Source: Octopus vulgaris | Lineage: Eukaryota | NCBI GenBank assembly: GCA_951406725.2 | Contig: OX597819.1 | Coordinates: 71,486,001-71,550,000 of the forward strand | Direction: 5' to 3' | Length of the DNA: 64,000 nucleotides | Shown: in pieces, positions 1 through 12,457 of the stretch | Layout of the letters: every line of letters starts with the position of its first letter | Position numbering within the stretch: position 1 is the stretch's first letter | The notes under the pieces: generated by a model | Told to the model about the DNA's origin: nothing | What the model saw: only the letters and a program-made list of their open reading frames with translations | Database searches by the model: none | Made by a program: the position numbers and the translations under genes

Positions 1-113
1 GCATATACATATATATCTAGTTGTCTATTTCTCTCTCTCCATGTGTGTGTGTTAGGGCGAACTAATGCGTAAATTGCAACATTTGTACTTTGTCCCTTGA
101 TCATCATTTGTAC

Positions 114-162
114 CTGTCATCAAAGGTGTACCGACCTATGTATCTACAGATTCCCCAAAGTC
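114..162 (-). CDS. Candidate internal exon of a claudin/PMP22-like tetraspan membrane protein
   Basis: Minus strand reads tatttccag|GA CTT TGG GGA ATC TGT AGA TAC ATA GGT CGG TAC ACC TTT GAT GAC AG|gtacaa. Only one frame is open: (G)LWGICRYIGRYTFDD, which contains the GLW-x2-C signature. Canonical AG/GT borders. Short, so it could be chance. Confidence 0.35.
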
Positions 163-559
163 CTGGAAATACCAAATTTTCTTAAGTGCAAAAGAAACCG
201 AGGCGCATCCTCCAAATTCAATCAATAAGTGGCACTCCAAAGATTCTCCCCCGCCTCCACCAAAAATCTTTAAATGAACATATGCACACATTTTGCTGTG
301 AACATCTACGAAGAGATATATGTAAAGAGTGAAAGAGTACGTGTGTGCGCGCGAACACATACGCACAAACACCAAAGCATTAAAAAGTCATGTGCACATA
401 GAAAATAAATGTGGGTACGTACATGTACACGTATGCACGTACTAACTCAGACACATTTACAAATCCCAGGGAACGCTTATCTCTTTATTAACGACCGCCT
501 TGAATTCATTAAGAGTAACTCAAATAATGACATCGGAAACATACACACGTACATTACGT

Positions 560-1417
560 GAACTGTTGCTATAGAGATGAAGCTAAAGAATGCACACTGA
601 AACCGCTAGGCACTGACTGACCTTGAACTCTGGTGTGCATACGCACTAAGGTTTAACGCTGTTTACAGCAGTGCTTGAAAAGAAGGTGTGCAGTGTGTGA
701 TCGTTGCATTGAACATGAGAGAGAAATTTGAGCAGAGAATCTGCATCAAATTTTGCCAAAAGCTTGGTGATACCTGCTCAGAGGCCTACGCAAAGTTTTT
801 TTAAAAGTTTTCATCGTTCTCGGCACCATCAAGGAGATCTTGTGCAACTGAATCCCGATTGTCGTTTGGGACAGCTGAAAGCAGTTTTGGCAGAAACTTG
901 GCAGACACGCATCTCATACTCAAATCTTCAGTAATAATGGACTGAACTGAACTGTAACTAATCTGCACATCCTCTGATAACTCACGTATGGTGATTTGAC
1001 GATTTCCTGTCACAGCTGAACGCACAACTGCGATGGTTTTCTCAGTTCTACTGGTTGCAGGTCTCCCGCAACGTACGCCAATATCGACATTTTTAGGCTA
1101 TCTCGGAAACGCCTGCATCACACGTACACTTTTGTGCGGTTCATATACTCCTCTCCATACACTTTCTTCAAATTCCGCTGGGCCTCCGAGCAGGTATCGC
1201 CATAACAACTTTCTCTGTCATGGTCAATGCGACGATCACGCGCTACCACACCTTCTTTCCAAGCACTGCTGTAAACAGCGGAAGTGAGCTACAACGTTAA
1301 AACTTAGTGTACATACACAGCTGAAGTCAAGGTCAATCTGTGCCAAGCGGCTTCATCCTGCGTGTTTTGTTTTGTTACTATGGCGACAGTCCGGATACTT
1401 ATTGATCAGACGACGTA
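560..1417. mobile_element. Non-autonomous mariner derivative made of two inverted 5' ends
   Basis: Plus arm 715-804 encodes MREKFEQRICIKFCQKLGDTCSEAYAK (mariner HTH N-terminus). Minus arm encodes NRQITIRELSEDVQISYSSVQSIITEDLSMRCVSAKFLPKLL (WVP-motif region). A mariner-type TIR followed by TA lies at ~1386-1417. The two arms are reverse-complement homologues. Confidence 0.85.
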
Positions 1418-1605
1418 TATACAATTCTACAGTCATCTCGGCTGAAAATGAACATTTGTTGAGTAATTAGTGTCGCCCTGTCTTCCTCCAGTTGTCACAA
1501 CTTGTATTTGCCATTAAGTGGAAGGGTGAGACGACAGAGGGAGTGCCTATGTTTGTTTCCAACCAAATAGGCATCTAAAACAATTAACGAAACATAATAC
1601 GTATT

Positions 1606-1826
1606 AATGGTTTCAAATTATATCACAAGGTCATCAATTTAGTGGAAAAGAGTACGACGATGGCATCGACCCCCACCCCAGTGCTCAGCTGATATTTATT
1701 TTATCGACCCCGAACGTATAAAAGGCAAAGTCGACCTTGGCGCCATTTGAACTTATAATGTAAAGACGGATTAGATACCGCTAAGCATTTCCCCGCCGTG
1801 CTAACGGTTCTTCCAGCTCGCCGCCT
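1606..1826 (-). mobile_element. tRNA-derived SINE, family A
   Basis: Head GGCGGCGAGCTGG and core GTCGACTTTGCCTTT..TCGGGGTCGATAAA, shared with many other copies in the window. Confidence 0.85.
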
Positions 1827-2064
1827 GAAGCTTGGAGCATATTACTATGCCGTATGTGTTTCCAGATGACGGCATGCTCTTTATACGTACTAAATTCTTT
1901 TCTACTCTAGGCACGAGGTCCGAAAGTTTTGGAGAGGGGTCCAGGCGTTTCGATCGACCCCACTACCGGTACTTAATTTATCGACCTCAAAATTATAAAA
2001 GGCAAAGTCGACCTCCACGGAATTTGAACTCAGAACGCAAAGACGGATGAAATACTATTTTTTC

Positions 2065-2274
2065 TATTACTCTTTTACTTGCTTCAATCATTTGACTGCG
2101 GCCATGCTGGAGCACCGCCTTTAGCCGAACAAATCGACCCCAGGATTTATTGTTTGTAAGCCTAGTACTTATTATTCTATCGTTCACTTTTTGCCGAACC
2201 GCTAATGTTACGGGGATGTAAACACACCAACACTGGTTGTCAAGTGATAGTGTGGGACAAGCACAGACACACAA

Positions 2275-2335
<61 letters not shown>

Positions 2336-2478
2336 TACGACGGACTCCTTTCAGTTTTCGTCTAACAAATCCCCTCACAAGGCTTTGGTCGTCCCGAAGC
2401 TATAGTAGAACAGAGTTGCCCAAGGTGGGACCCAGTGGTTGGGTAGCAAGCTTCTTACCACACAACCACTCCTCGGCC
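2065..2478 (-). mobile_element. tRNA-derived SINE, family B (CORE-like, octopus OR-type)
   Basis: Head GAGTGGTTGTGTGGTAAGAAGCTTG, ACCTTGGGCAA core, internal (TA)n, and tail GGCGGTGCTCCAGCATGGCCGCAGTCAAATGA. Confidence 0.85.
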
Positions 2479-2789
2479 TTTAACTGTTTTCAGCTTAAAA
2501 GCTGAAGCAAATTGTCCATTTTAAGTACATTTATAATATTATATGAACAAAGAGCAGGCCCATGGTCTGCAAACGAGTGCGGCAGGGTAGTATGCGTCAC
2601 GGTTAAGGCCGTGAGCCGGCAGAATCGTAACCGCGCTGGGGAAATGATCAATTGCCGAAAGGTAAGCAAAAGATCGAAAGGTCGAGATGGGAAAGAATGG
2701 TACAATCAAGACAGAACTGAAAGCGCATTGTGACCAGCGGTGTATAACAGCATTCGATTGTCTGCGATACTGCGATGATACTGTGATAA

Positions 2790-2985
2790 AAGGCGGCGAG
2801 TTGGCGCCGTGCGAAATGCTTTGCAGCATTTGGTCTGCCGCTACGTTCTGAGGTCGACTTTGCCTTTCATCCTTTCGGGGTCGATAAATTAATACCAGTT
2901 ACGCACTGGGTCGATGTAATCGACTTAATTCCTTTGTCTGTCCTTGTTTGTCCTTTCTGTGGGCAATAAAGAAATAAGAAATAAG
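2790..2985 (+). mobile_element. SINE family A
   Basis: GGCGGCGAGTTGGC...GAGGTCGACTTTGCCTTTCATCCTTTCGGGGTCGATAAATT. Confidence 0.85.
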
Positions 2986-3008
2986 AGATATTGTGATAAA
3001 TTTATAAT

Positions 3009-3047
<39 letters not shown>

Positions 3048-3384
3048 TACTGTTTTATGTCAACCTGTTAGAGTCGCTCCTGACTGATGGAGCGTCTCAT
3101 ATGACGTGTATTGCACTCGTTCACCTGCACACGTTCTCCACCAATTTCACAATATGACTCTGCACAAAGGAAACTGGGTAATAATTAAACACGACCTCTC
3201 GTCGACGAACCGCCTGCTCTTTCGCATTTACTTCCTCTGACATCAAAGTGACGTGACGAACATTCGAGATGAAGATCAAACACATTTTCTAACCACGCTC
3301 CCGACAAAACTCGTAAAAGTAGAAAAGGGACCGTATTTGGTGTCGTGGTAAATGCTGCATCGCGGAAGGTCATGCCTTTTAGTT

Positions 3385-3812
3385 TTTGCTTGCTTCAGCC
3401 ATTCTATCGGTCTGTTTTGGCCGAACCACTACGTTACGGAGATGTCAAGACAGCAGCACCGGTTGTCAAGCGGTGGTAAGGGACATATATTGGCACAAAG
3501 ACACACACGCACACACCATTGCATACACACTTGCACAGAGACACATACACACATATAGACATACATATGTGTGTATGCGTATGTGTGTATATGTATGTGT
3601 ATATGTGTATGCATGTATGTGTGCATGTGTATGTGTGTGTGCGTGTATACGACGAGCTTCTTTCAGTTTCCGTCTTCTAAATCCATCCACGAGGCTTTGG
3701 TCGTCCTGAACGTACAGTAGAAGACACTTGCCGAAGATTCCACGCAGTGGGACAGAACCCGGGACCATGTGGCTGGGAAGCAAACATCTTCGCACACAGC
3801 TACGCCTACGCC
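3385..3812 (-). mobile_element. SINE family B
   Basis: Same head, core and tail as 2065-2478, with an internal CA/TG microsatellite. Confidence 0.8.
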
Positions 3813-4000
3813 TATTGGTTGATTGACTTATTTCTCCCGAACGTGACTTACCAGGTGATGACTAAACAATTCCGTCGTTCAGCCGGCTTTATTCTATTTT
3901 ACATTCGTCAGCGAGTCATGCACATTTAAAGTGCAGCGTGAGTGCATGCATGCAGATAATGTGCACATAATGCAATGCTAATGACATTGATATCTAATAC

Positions 4001-4108
4001 CTGTAGCTGCTGCTGCTGAATTGCAAAATGCACCTGAATGAGGCTGTCAGCCTTGGCAGAACCAACATCGCCGCCGCCGCCACCACTCTTATCACCGATC
4101 TCGCCCAT
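4001..4108 (-). CDS. Candidate first coding exon of a host gene
   Basis: ATG at 4108, then 36 non-repetitive codons MGEIGDKSGGGGGDVGSAKADSLIQVHFAIQQQQLQ, ending at a phase-0 donor CAG|GTATTA. It is preceded by a GC- and triplet-repeat-rich region that resembles a 5' UTR. Confidence 0.3.
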
Positions 4109-4267
4109 TATCTCTCATTCATATCTTCCGCTTTGTCTCTTTTCCTCTCCGCTATCACCACCACCGACGCCGGCGCTCATTCGAAAACGAAAACCACTGA
4201 TTCACTCATCGGAGTTGAAGCAATGACTCATTCCGTCAGTGAACAGGTGTTGCTTACCGATTCCCTT

Positions 4268-4284
4268 GCTGCTGCTGCTGTTTA

Positions 4285-4351
<67 letters not shown>

Positions 4352-4374
4352 GATGCTGATGCTGCTGCTGCTGT

Positions 4375-4439
<65 letters not shown>

Positions 4440-4549
4440 ATACTACTACTACTAACAACAACTTCAGTTGACATTGCTGCCACTACTGTAGCTAACGTCG
4501 TTACTGCATCTTCTTCTTCTTCTTCTTCTTCTTCTTCTTCTTCTACTAT

Positions 4550-4600
<51 letters not shown>
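4268..4600. repeat. Compound trinucleotide microsatellite (CTG/CTA/CTT)n
   Basis: Read directly from the sequence. Confidence 0.95.
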
Positions 4601-4601
<1 letters not shown>

Positions 4602-5147
4602 GCTTCAACTCTTTCTTCTTCTTTCTCTTCTTTTTCTTCAACTTCTCCAATTTCTTTCCCCCTTGTGAATCTTTTCTACCTCTCCTTCCCTCTCCCCTCC
4701 TTCTAACCTCCGTCTCCTTCCTCTAGCTCATTCCCTCCTCCTCTTCCTTTTCTTCCTTCTACTGCTATTTTACCTTGCCCCAACCTTCCTTTCGCCTCTC
4801 CTTCCTCCTCCCTCACCAACTCTCTGCCCTCCTCCACAACGTCATTCTTCTCATCTCACCATCATCATCGTCATCTTTCACCCCTGGCATTTTCTCATCC
4901 TTTTATTTTAGAAAACGTTGCTGCTTATGTTGCTGCTGCTGGTGCAGCTAATGCCATCATGACCACCAATGACAACAGCTCCACCACCACCAACACTACT
5001 AGTAGTAGTAGGAGGAAGAGGAGTGCCGCTACTACTGCAGCTGTTATTACCTTGAAATCCGCCATTACTAACACTACCAACGGATTAAGGGAGTCATTTC
5101 TTTTCTTCATAATTCTTCATTTTGGGTAATTACTATCTTTTACACAA

Positions 5148-5185
<38 letters not shown>

Positions 5186-5327
5186 TTGCACAGGTACAAC
5201 ATTACAACACATAAACACGCACACGTCATCCGTACATACATACACACATAGACACACGCAAGCACACATAAATATCGGTCTATCTGTCTTTTTATCTACT
5301 TAACTATAGCCATGTGTGTATGTATAT

Positions 5328-5369
<42 letters not shown>

Positions 5370-6667
5370 TATTATATATATATATATACATATATATATA
5401 AATATATATATGCATATATATTTATATATATAAGTATAAATATTATATTTATATATATATATATATTATTATGTATGTCTGTATGTCTCTATGTATGTAT
5501 GATTGTATGAATCACGTATGTTGTCCTTCTCTTTACGAACGTTAAAGTTATTGGTTCAAATACACTGAGGAGCGATAAAGATGTAACTCCTAATAATTAA
5601 CACGAGGCATGAAGCAGGCAAATTGAAAAACCCGGGAAATTAATGATGCTCAGCCAATTCATTAAAAAAGTCTGTATATAAACGCACAGGCAGTGCTATG
5701 TGGTTATAAAGCTCGCTTCGTAACCTAGTGGCTTCAGGTTCAGTCCTACTATGAGGCATCAAGGACATTTATTACAGCGCCTGACCGAATAATGTTGTCC
5801 GTGAGTGGAAGTCCATCATAGGGCCGTGTGTGTATGTGTATACACACACATACACACGCACACACACACATACACATATATATAGCCGCTTTGGGGTAAG
5901 AAGCTTGCTCCCCAACCATATGTATAACATATAACATATGGTATATATATATATATATATGTCTGTCTGTCTGTACTTGCCTCTCGCTCACTACTTAAAC
6001 AATAATTGTTTTTGTTTAAATCGCCGTGACGCAGCGGTTTTCGAAAAAAAAAAACATTGATAGAATATGCACAGGACTTAATCGACGAACCCCTTTGACT
6101 CGTCGCCTCAAAATGGCTGCAATCAAATGACAGGATTAAGTAAAACCATATACATATGAAAAACTGCCTGACGTCTGATGATCGACGCGCAAAGATTCAT
6201 GAAACCCAGATAGTTTTTCAGTCTACCGAAAACTCCCTTCCACATTGGTTGTCCCTAAGGCACTGTGGCCAATTTCAAGTGGTATCGAATATATTTACAT
6301 ACGAAGAGCGTGAAATTCTCCAAAAATTGTGTCCTTTTTCTTGCTGGCTTCAAGAAAGGTCGAGTGTTTTTTACTTCTATAGAAGCGAATGATGACCTTT
6401 ATTGTTGGAGAAATTCTGCAGTTCTTTTAAATTGAAGTTGTGTATTCGCTGTAATAATTACTCTACCTTTGAAACAGCTACTACAACAACATCATCGTCG
6501 TCGTCGTCGTCATCATCATCATCATCATCATCATCATTATCATTATCATACTGTTATTTCCAATTTCGCTTTTAAAATTTGTTTTGTCTTCGTTATTTTG
6601 TTCCTATTCTTTATGTCGTCAATTACGCACTTGATTTTGGGGTGGGGAGGGGGAGCTTTTAATGTAA

Positions 6668-6710
<43 letters not shown>

Positions 6711-7274
6711 GGTGGTGGTGGTGGTGGTGGTAGTAGTTGTTGTAGTAGTAGTAGTAGTAGTAGTAGTAGTATGTTGTTGTTACTGTTGTCGTTACGGTGT
6801 TATTCCAAAGTATTCAAAAACAGCCGTCTTCGTATCTCTTGCTGAGTGGCGTTTTGCTATACGCTATATTCAGTCTGTTTTCACTGTTTTATTTAATTTT
6901 GTTTTAAATCTTCCCACCACCCGCTTTTTTTCGCTTTTGGCTTAAAATGTTCGAACAAAGGATATGCAGACGAAAGCTCAATTATGGAAAATTTTGAGTG
7001 TTAGCTGGTCCTGAGATGAGAACATGGGTGGCCGAAATAATTGACTGGCGGATAATTAGTCAATCCACCCTACATCTCACATGACCCAGTCAACCTCGTT
7101 GTTAATGACGAACAGAATGATATCGTCTCCTTTCTTGGATCAGCTTCGTATTTGAATCATGTAACTGTGTAAAGAAACAGATTAGTGGTTAATTAATATC
7201 AAGTTCAAACTCTGGGTCAGTTTGTGATTATAGCTTTTAGTTGAGATAATATACATGTTATATGCATAACCGCA

Positions 7275-7670
7275 AATATGGCTGTGTGGCAAGACGTTCG
7301 CTTCCGAGTCACACAGTTCTGGGTTCAATTCCGCTGCGTACAATTGGGGCAAGTATCTTCTACTATAGTCTCTGTCCGACCAAACCCTTGTGAATGGATT
7401 TGTTGCAGGGAAACTGACAGAAGCCCATCGGATATGTGTGTGTGTGTGTGCGTGTGTCTTTGCGTTTCTCCTTTACCACTGCTTGACAATCAGTGTTGGT
7501 ATGTTTAGGACCCTTAACTTAGAGGTTCGGCATAAGAGCCCAATAGAATAAGCACCAGACTTAAAACATAATTACTAAGGTTGATTCATTCAGCAAAACT
7601 TCTTAAAGGCACTGCCCCAGCATGGCCGCAGCCAAATGACTGAAACAAATAAAAAATTAAGATAAAAGAT
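7275..7670 (+). mobile_element. SINE family B
   Basis: TGGCTGTGTGGCAAG head, TTGGGGCAAGT core, CCCCAGCATGGCCGCAG tail. Confidence 0.8.
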
Positions 7671-7735
7671 TCCTTATTTACATTATTTATCTTATTTACA
7701 TTTGACGGATATTTGTCCTCATCTTGTTTGTTGTT

Positions 7736-7782
7736 AATACAACGTTTCGGCAGATATACCCTCCAGCCTTCATCAGGTGTCT
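7736..7782 (-). ncRNA. Minimal type-I hammerhead ribozyme motif
   Basis: GACAC-CTGATGA-A-GGCTG..CTGCC-GAAA-C-GTT-GTATT. Confidence 0.65.
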
Positions 7783-7839
7783 TGGGGAAATTTCGAACCC
7801 GGGGTCTCGTTCCTAAGCTATTTTTCGATGTTGTTGTTG

Positions 7840-7917
<78 letters not shown>

Positions 7918-7940
7918 TCACTGCCTGGAATCGAACATGG

Positions 7941-8000
<60 letters not shown>

Positions 8001-8047
8001 TCGAAAAATACCTTAGGAATGAGAACCCAGGTTCGACATTTCCCCAA

Positions 8048-8093
8048 GACACCTGATGAAGGCAAGAGGGTGTATCAGCCGAAACGTTGTGTT
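8048..8093 (+). ncRNA. Minimal type-I hammerhead ribozyme motif
   Basis: Stem I GACAC/GTGTT, core CTGATGA, stem II GGC..GCC, GAAA, palindromic AACGTT stem III, GUU cleavage triplet. Confidence 0.7.
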
Positions 8094-8592
8094 AACAACA
8101 AACAAGATGAGGACAAATATCTGTCAAATGTAAATAATGTAAATAATGTACATAATTCGTCATCTCTTAAATATAAAAATGGAAAAGATTTGTAGTTAAT
8201 ACGTCCCGGTAAATTCGAACGTGAAAATACAAATCGCTGTTGTATCTTGACATCGAAGAGCAACTTCTCGTTTTAGATAGATAAGAGCTATATAAAATAG
8301 GCTTATATTTGTATATATGATCGTTGTAATCCCTGAAATCTGGATGGTTTTTCTCCCTCATCAGCCACATTCATTAATTATCCATTAATTAACTGCAGTG
8401 GATTGTTTTTATCCCAGACGGTAAGAACAACGGGAAAATGTATGAAACTATGTATATGCTATTTTGTATACTATAGCCACGGCCAAATCTAAGGGAAGAT
8501 AACTGATGTGGAATTCATACAACTTGAGATTTACCAAATCAATGCGACAGAGAAGTGATTGATAGGTAAGCATATATATATATATACACGCA

Positions 8593-8654
<62 letters not shown>

Positions 8655-8875
8655 GGGAGAGAGAGAGAGAGAGGGGAGAAAGGGAGGGAGAGATACTAAA
8701 ATAAACACATATGTATACATACATGAATTCATAAATACATACATGCTTACATACATACATATATACAGACATACACAGACACATACAGAGACATGTAAGT
8801 AATGTACCACTTAGATATATGGATAAGTAGATAGGCATGTAAATGGGTACAGAGACAGACAGACAAACAGACAGT

Positions 8876-8876
<1 letters not shown>

Positions 8877-8952
<76 letters not shown>
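8877..8952. repeat. (GATA)n microsatellite
   Basis: Read directly from the sequence. Confidence 0.95.
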
Positions 8953-8953
<1 letters not shown>

Positions 8954-9429
8954 TCAGGTTGCTCAATAAAGAAATAAATATAATATGGATGTTTTGTTGA
9001 ACAAGAGGTAGGGTTTATGTGTATAACAACGAATCAACATTAATTCAAAACACCAGGAATTCTATTAAGAGCTATAACACACAGGTTATATATAAGAAGC
9101 TATATGTGCTACATAAGATATGCATGTATCAATAAATTTCATGATCAGCAGACAGCATTGAATACAGCATGTATTGGACACAACTTCGCAGGTACACAGT
9201 TACAGAAGACATACTTAATGTATACATACATACGTACACGCGTACACGCATATATACATACATATATGTATATTTGTGTGTGTATATATATATATGTATA
9301 TATATATATATAAACACAGGCTCCAACCGCGCACAAACACATACACACACACACGTATACACACACATACATATATCAAATATATACAAATCATATGCTT
9401 ATAGGTGTACGTATGTAGATATGTATAGG

Positions 9430-9490
<61 letters not shown>

Positions 9491-9653
9491 ATGTGTCTCT
9501 GTCTGTGTGTGTACTGTGCATATGTCCTATTCTACATTTAAAAAATACCTGCGTCTGTTCACGACTTTTCTGACTAAGTGAAACCAATTGCAAATCCACA
9601 AAATATATCACGACATTGCCGGAAAGTGGGGAGCTACATCAAGAATCACGTGG

Positions 9654-9686
<33 letters not shown>

Positions 9687-9851
9687 TCTCTCTCTCTCTC
9701 TCTCTCTCCTTCCTATCTCTTTTCTTCTCTCTTTCTCTCGCTTAGTCTTTCTTTCGTTGTGTCGGTGCAGGCGTGTAATTATGTAGAAATACTTTATCAT
9801 GCATGCTTATAAAAATACATAAAAAAACATATATACATGAATACATACGCC

Positions 9852-9893
<42 letters not shown>

Positions 9894-10450
9894 AAAGTTC
9901 TCGTACCTTTCATCTTCCTTCTTTCATTTTAACACATATATATATATGATATATAAAACTTATATGTATACACATATACATATATATGTATACACACATA
10001 TACCTCTGTTGAACTACACCTACTTGCGTGTTAAGTACATTTTAGGGTATTGAACAAGGAAGTTAAAGAATTCCTAATGTTAACAATATTGCGTACAATC
10101 GCGAACCTATATAAAGGTACTGACATATAGATGCATGTATGAGTATACACACATACACACATTCTTTTTTTATTCTTTTATTCTTTTGTTTCAGTCATTT
10201 GATTGGGGCCATGCTGGAGCACCGCCCTTAAGTCGAACAAATCGACGCCAGGACGTATTCTGTGCAAACCTACTACTTATTCTATCGTGTTCTTTTGCCG
10301 AACTGCTATGTTACGGGGACATAAACACGCCAAGATTGGTTGTCTAGTGATAATGGAGGGGAAAACACAGACACACAAACATTACCCTCCCCCCACATAT
10401 ATGTACCTTATTTCTTCTAATATATACGTATATACATGTGTATATATGTG

Positions 10451-10507
<57 letters not shown>

Positions 10508-10508
<1 letters not shown>

Positions 10509-10761
10509 AGTGAATGGAAGAAATGGAGTTGAACGAAGATTGTACAGAATTCCTTTATTACATTCTACACATGTTTCAAAGGCCACAAATTTCCAAATTC
10601 TTATTAAATAAGGGTACCATATTGTGGCTTTCTCTTCAGGAAAAAACAGGAATTCCGTTGACAGAACAAAACAAAACAGAGGCGCAGCAACGCAATTCGA
10701 ACGAGGACGCTCCTTAAGAGCCCATGGCTTAAGAGTTCAACTCCATTTCTTCCATTCACTA
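10508..10761 (-). mobile_element. Short element with 27-bp inverted repeats and an internal hammerhead motif (Penelope pLTR-like)
   Basis: TAGTGAATGGAAGAAATGGAGTTGAAC (~10508-10533) is inverted at ~10735-10761. HHR at 10563-10642. The left end abuts (TA)n. Confidence 0.6.
10563..10642 (-). ncRNA. Type-I hammerhead motif with a long stem II
   Basis: TTC-CTGAAGA-GAAAGCCACAA..TTGTGGCCTTT-GAAA-C-ATGT-GTA-GAA. Confidence 0.6.
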
Positions 10762-10821
10762 AAAATATTAAACTTCAATTATCCGCACCAAATGGTCTTA
10801 TCTCCAACCGTGCTTTTTTCT

Positions 10822-10895
10822 GCTGTGATTTTTGCTACCCAGGTATCGGTTAAACTTTTGAATAATCTGTAACAAGAAAATTCATCTTTCTATTT

Positions 10896-10955
<60 letters not shown>

Positions 10956-11140
10956 TACATATATGTCAGTTTTATCGGGCGATTAGAGTCCCTACAAGTA
11001 TATATGTATATTATTTTGTGCTTTGACCAGCACTTTAGACCATTTTAGTTCTCATTTCTAGCTGTGATTTTTGCTACCCAGGTATCGGTTAAACTTTTGA
11101 ATAATCTGTAACAAGAAAATTCATCTTTCTATTTCAACAA

Positions 11141-11171
<31 letters not shown>

Positions 11172-11276
11172 TACATATATGTCAGTTTTATCGGGCGATT
11201 AGAGTCCCTACAAGTATATATGTATATTATTTTGTGCTTTGACCAGCACATTAGACCATTTTAGTTCTCATTTCTA
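10822..11276 (+). repeat. Near-identical tandem duplication (~220-240 bp x2)
   Basis: GCTGTGATTTTTGCTACCCAGG...GTTCTCATTTCTA occurs at 10822-11060 and 11061-11276. The copies differ mainly in (TA)n length. Confidence 0.9.
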
Positions 11277-11797
11277 GCTTCTAGCAATGTAGTAACAATT
11301 ATAGTTTTCCTGTTTGCTGTTTATATTAAGTTAATAAACAATCATACCCACTCCGGTGGAACTTCTGCTTTCGCTATTCTGCGATCACATCGTTCACTAT
11401 GCTTCGTTCTTGAATGATCTCATTTCGAATACGCTATTGTAATGATATTCCCGATATGGGTTTTTCCATGGCCCTTTGCATCGTAGGCTATCGTTGTTCA
11501 ATTCTACTCCATGGTTCACTTGCCTATAAGATTTCAGGTAGGGCGGTGTCATAGAAGAGTCTGGCACGTATGACATAGTCCAGTTCTGCTTTAGAGCAAA
11601 TCCTTTATTGATTTAGATACCTTCCACACTTTTCTTATTTTTTTCGAGACTTTAGCTTACACACATGTACAAACACACAGACACAGACACACACGCACAC
11701 ACAAACAAACAAACAAGCCACCACACACACAGACACATATATATATACAGATATATAGATAGATACACGTAAATATGTGTTTGTATATGTATGTGAA

Positions 11798-11918
<121 letters not shown>

Positions 11919-12012
11919 GAAACAGGCAACATAAAGAACATTCCCTTCATTAGTTGTCCCCTGCTTTATCAACTCTGCATTTCGAAGGTAGGGAAAACTT
12001 CCAAGTAAATTG

Positions 12013-12083
<71 letters not shown>

Positions 12084-12421
12084 GCGGCCAGCATTTCATA
12101 TTTTCTACACGCGGCATATTTGAGGCTCATTCTGAACATTTCTTTAATTGGCGACATCAAAAGTTATAGCACCGATTACCTACTGAGTCATTGAGCACTC
12201 AAAGTGATTAACTATCTCACATCGCTGAACAAGAGTCTTACTCTCTAGAATCGTGTGTATATGTCTACACAAAAACATGCGCACACGCTCGCATACGCGC
12301 ACGCAGGCATACACACATACGCATATATACAAGCATATATGTAGAGTCACACACATACAAACACAAACGCTTACACACACACAGACACGCGCATACATAC
12401 ATACATACATACATACATACA

Positions 12422-12457
<36 letters not shown>

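Larger units (their letters stand above)
7675..8175. mobile_element. Inverted pair of HHR-carrying SINE (family D) copies
   Basis: 7675-7936 (minus) and 7941-8175 (plus) are reverse-complement homologues around (TTA)n/(TAA)n tracts. Both match 38102-38412. Confidence 0.85.

Noticed and set aside
3125-3159. 35-nt AG/GT-bounded micro-exon candidate on the minus strand
   Set aside because: No recognisable peptide, and its phase cannot link the two other candidate exons without a stop.
4028-4706. Long ORFs with poly-T/L/S runs, and the many YIYI, CVCV, HTHT and LSIY ORFs throughout the window
   Set aside because: They are translations of microsatellites, not genes.
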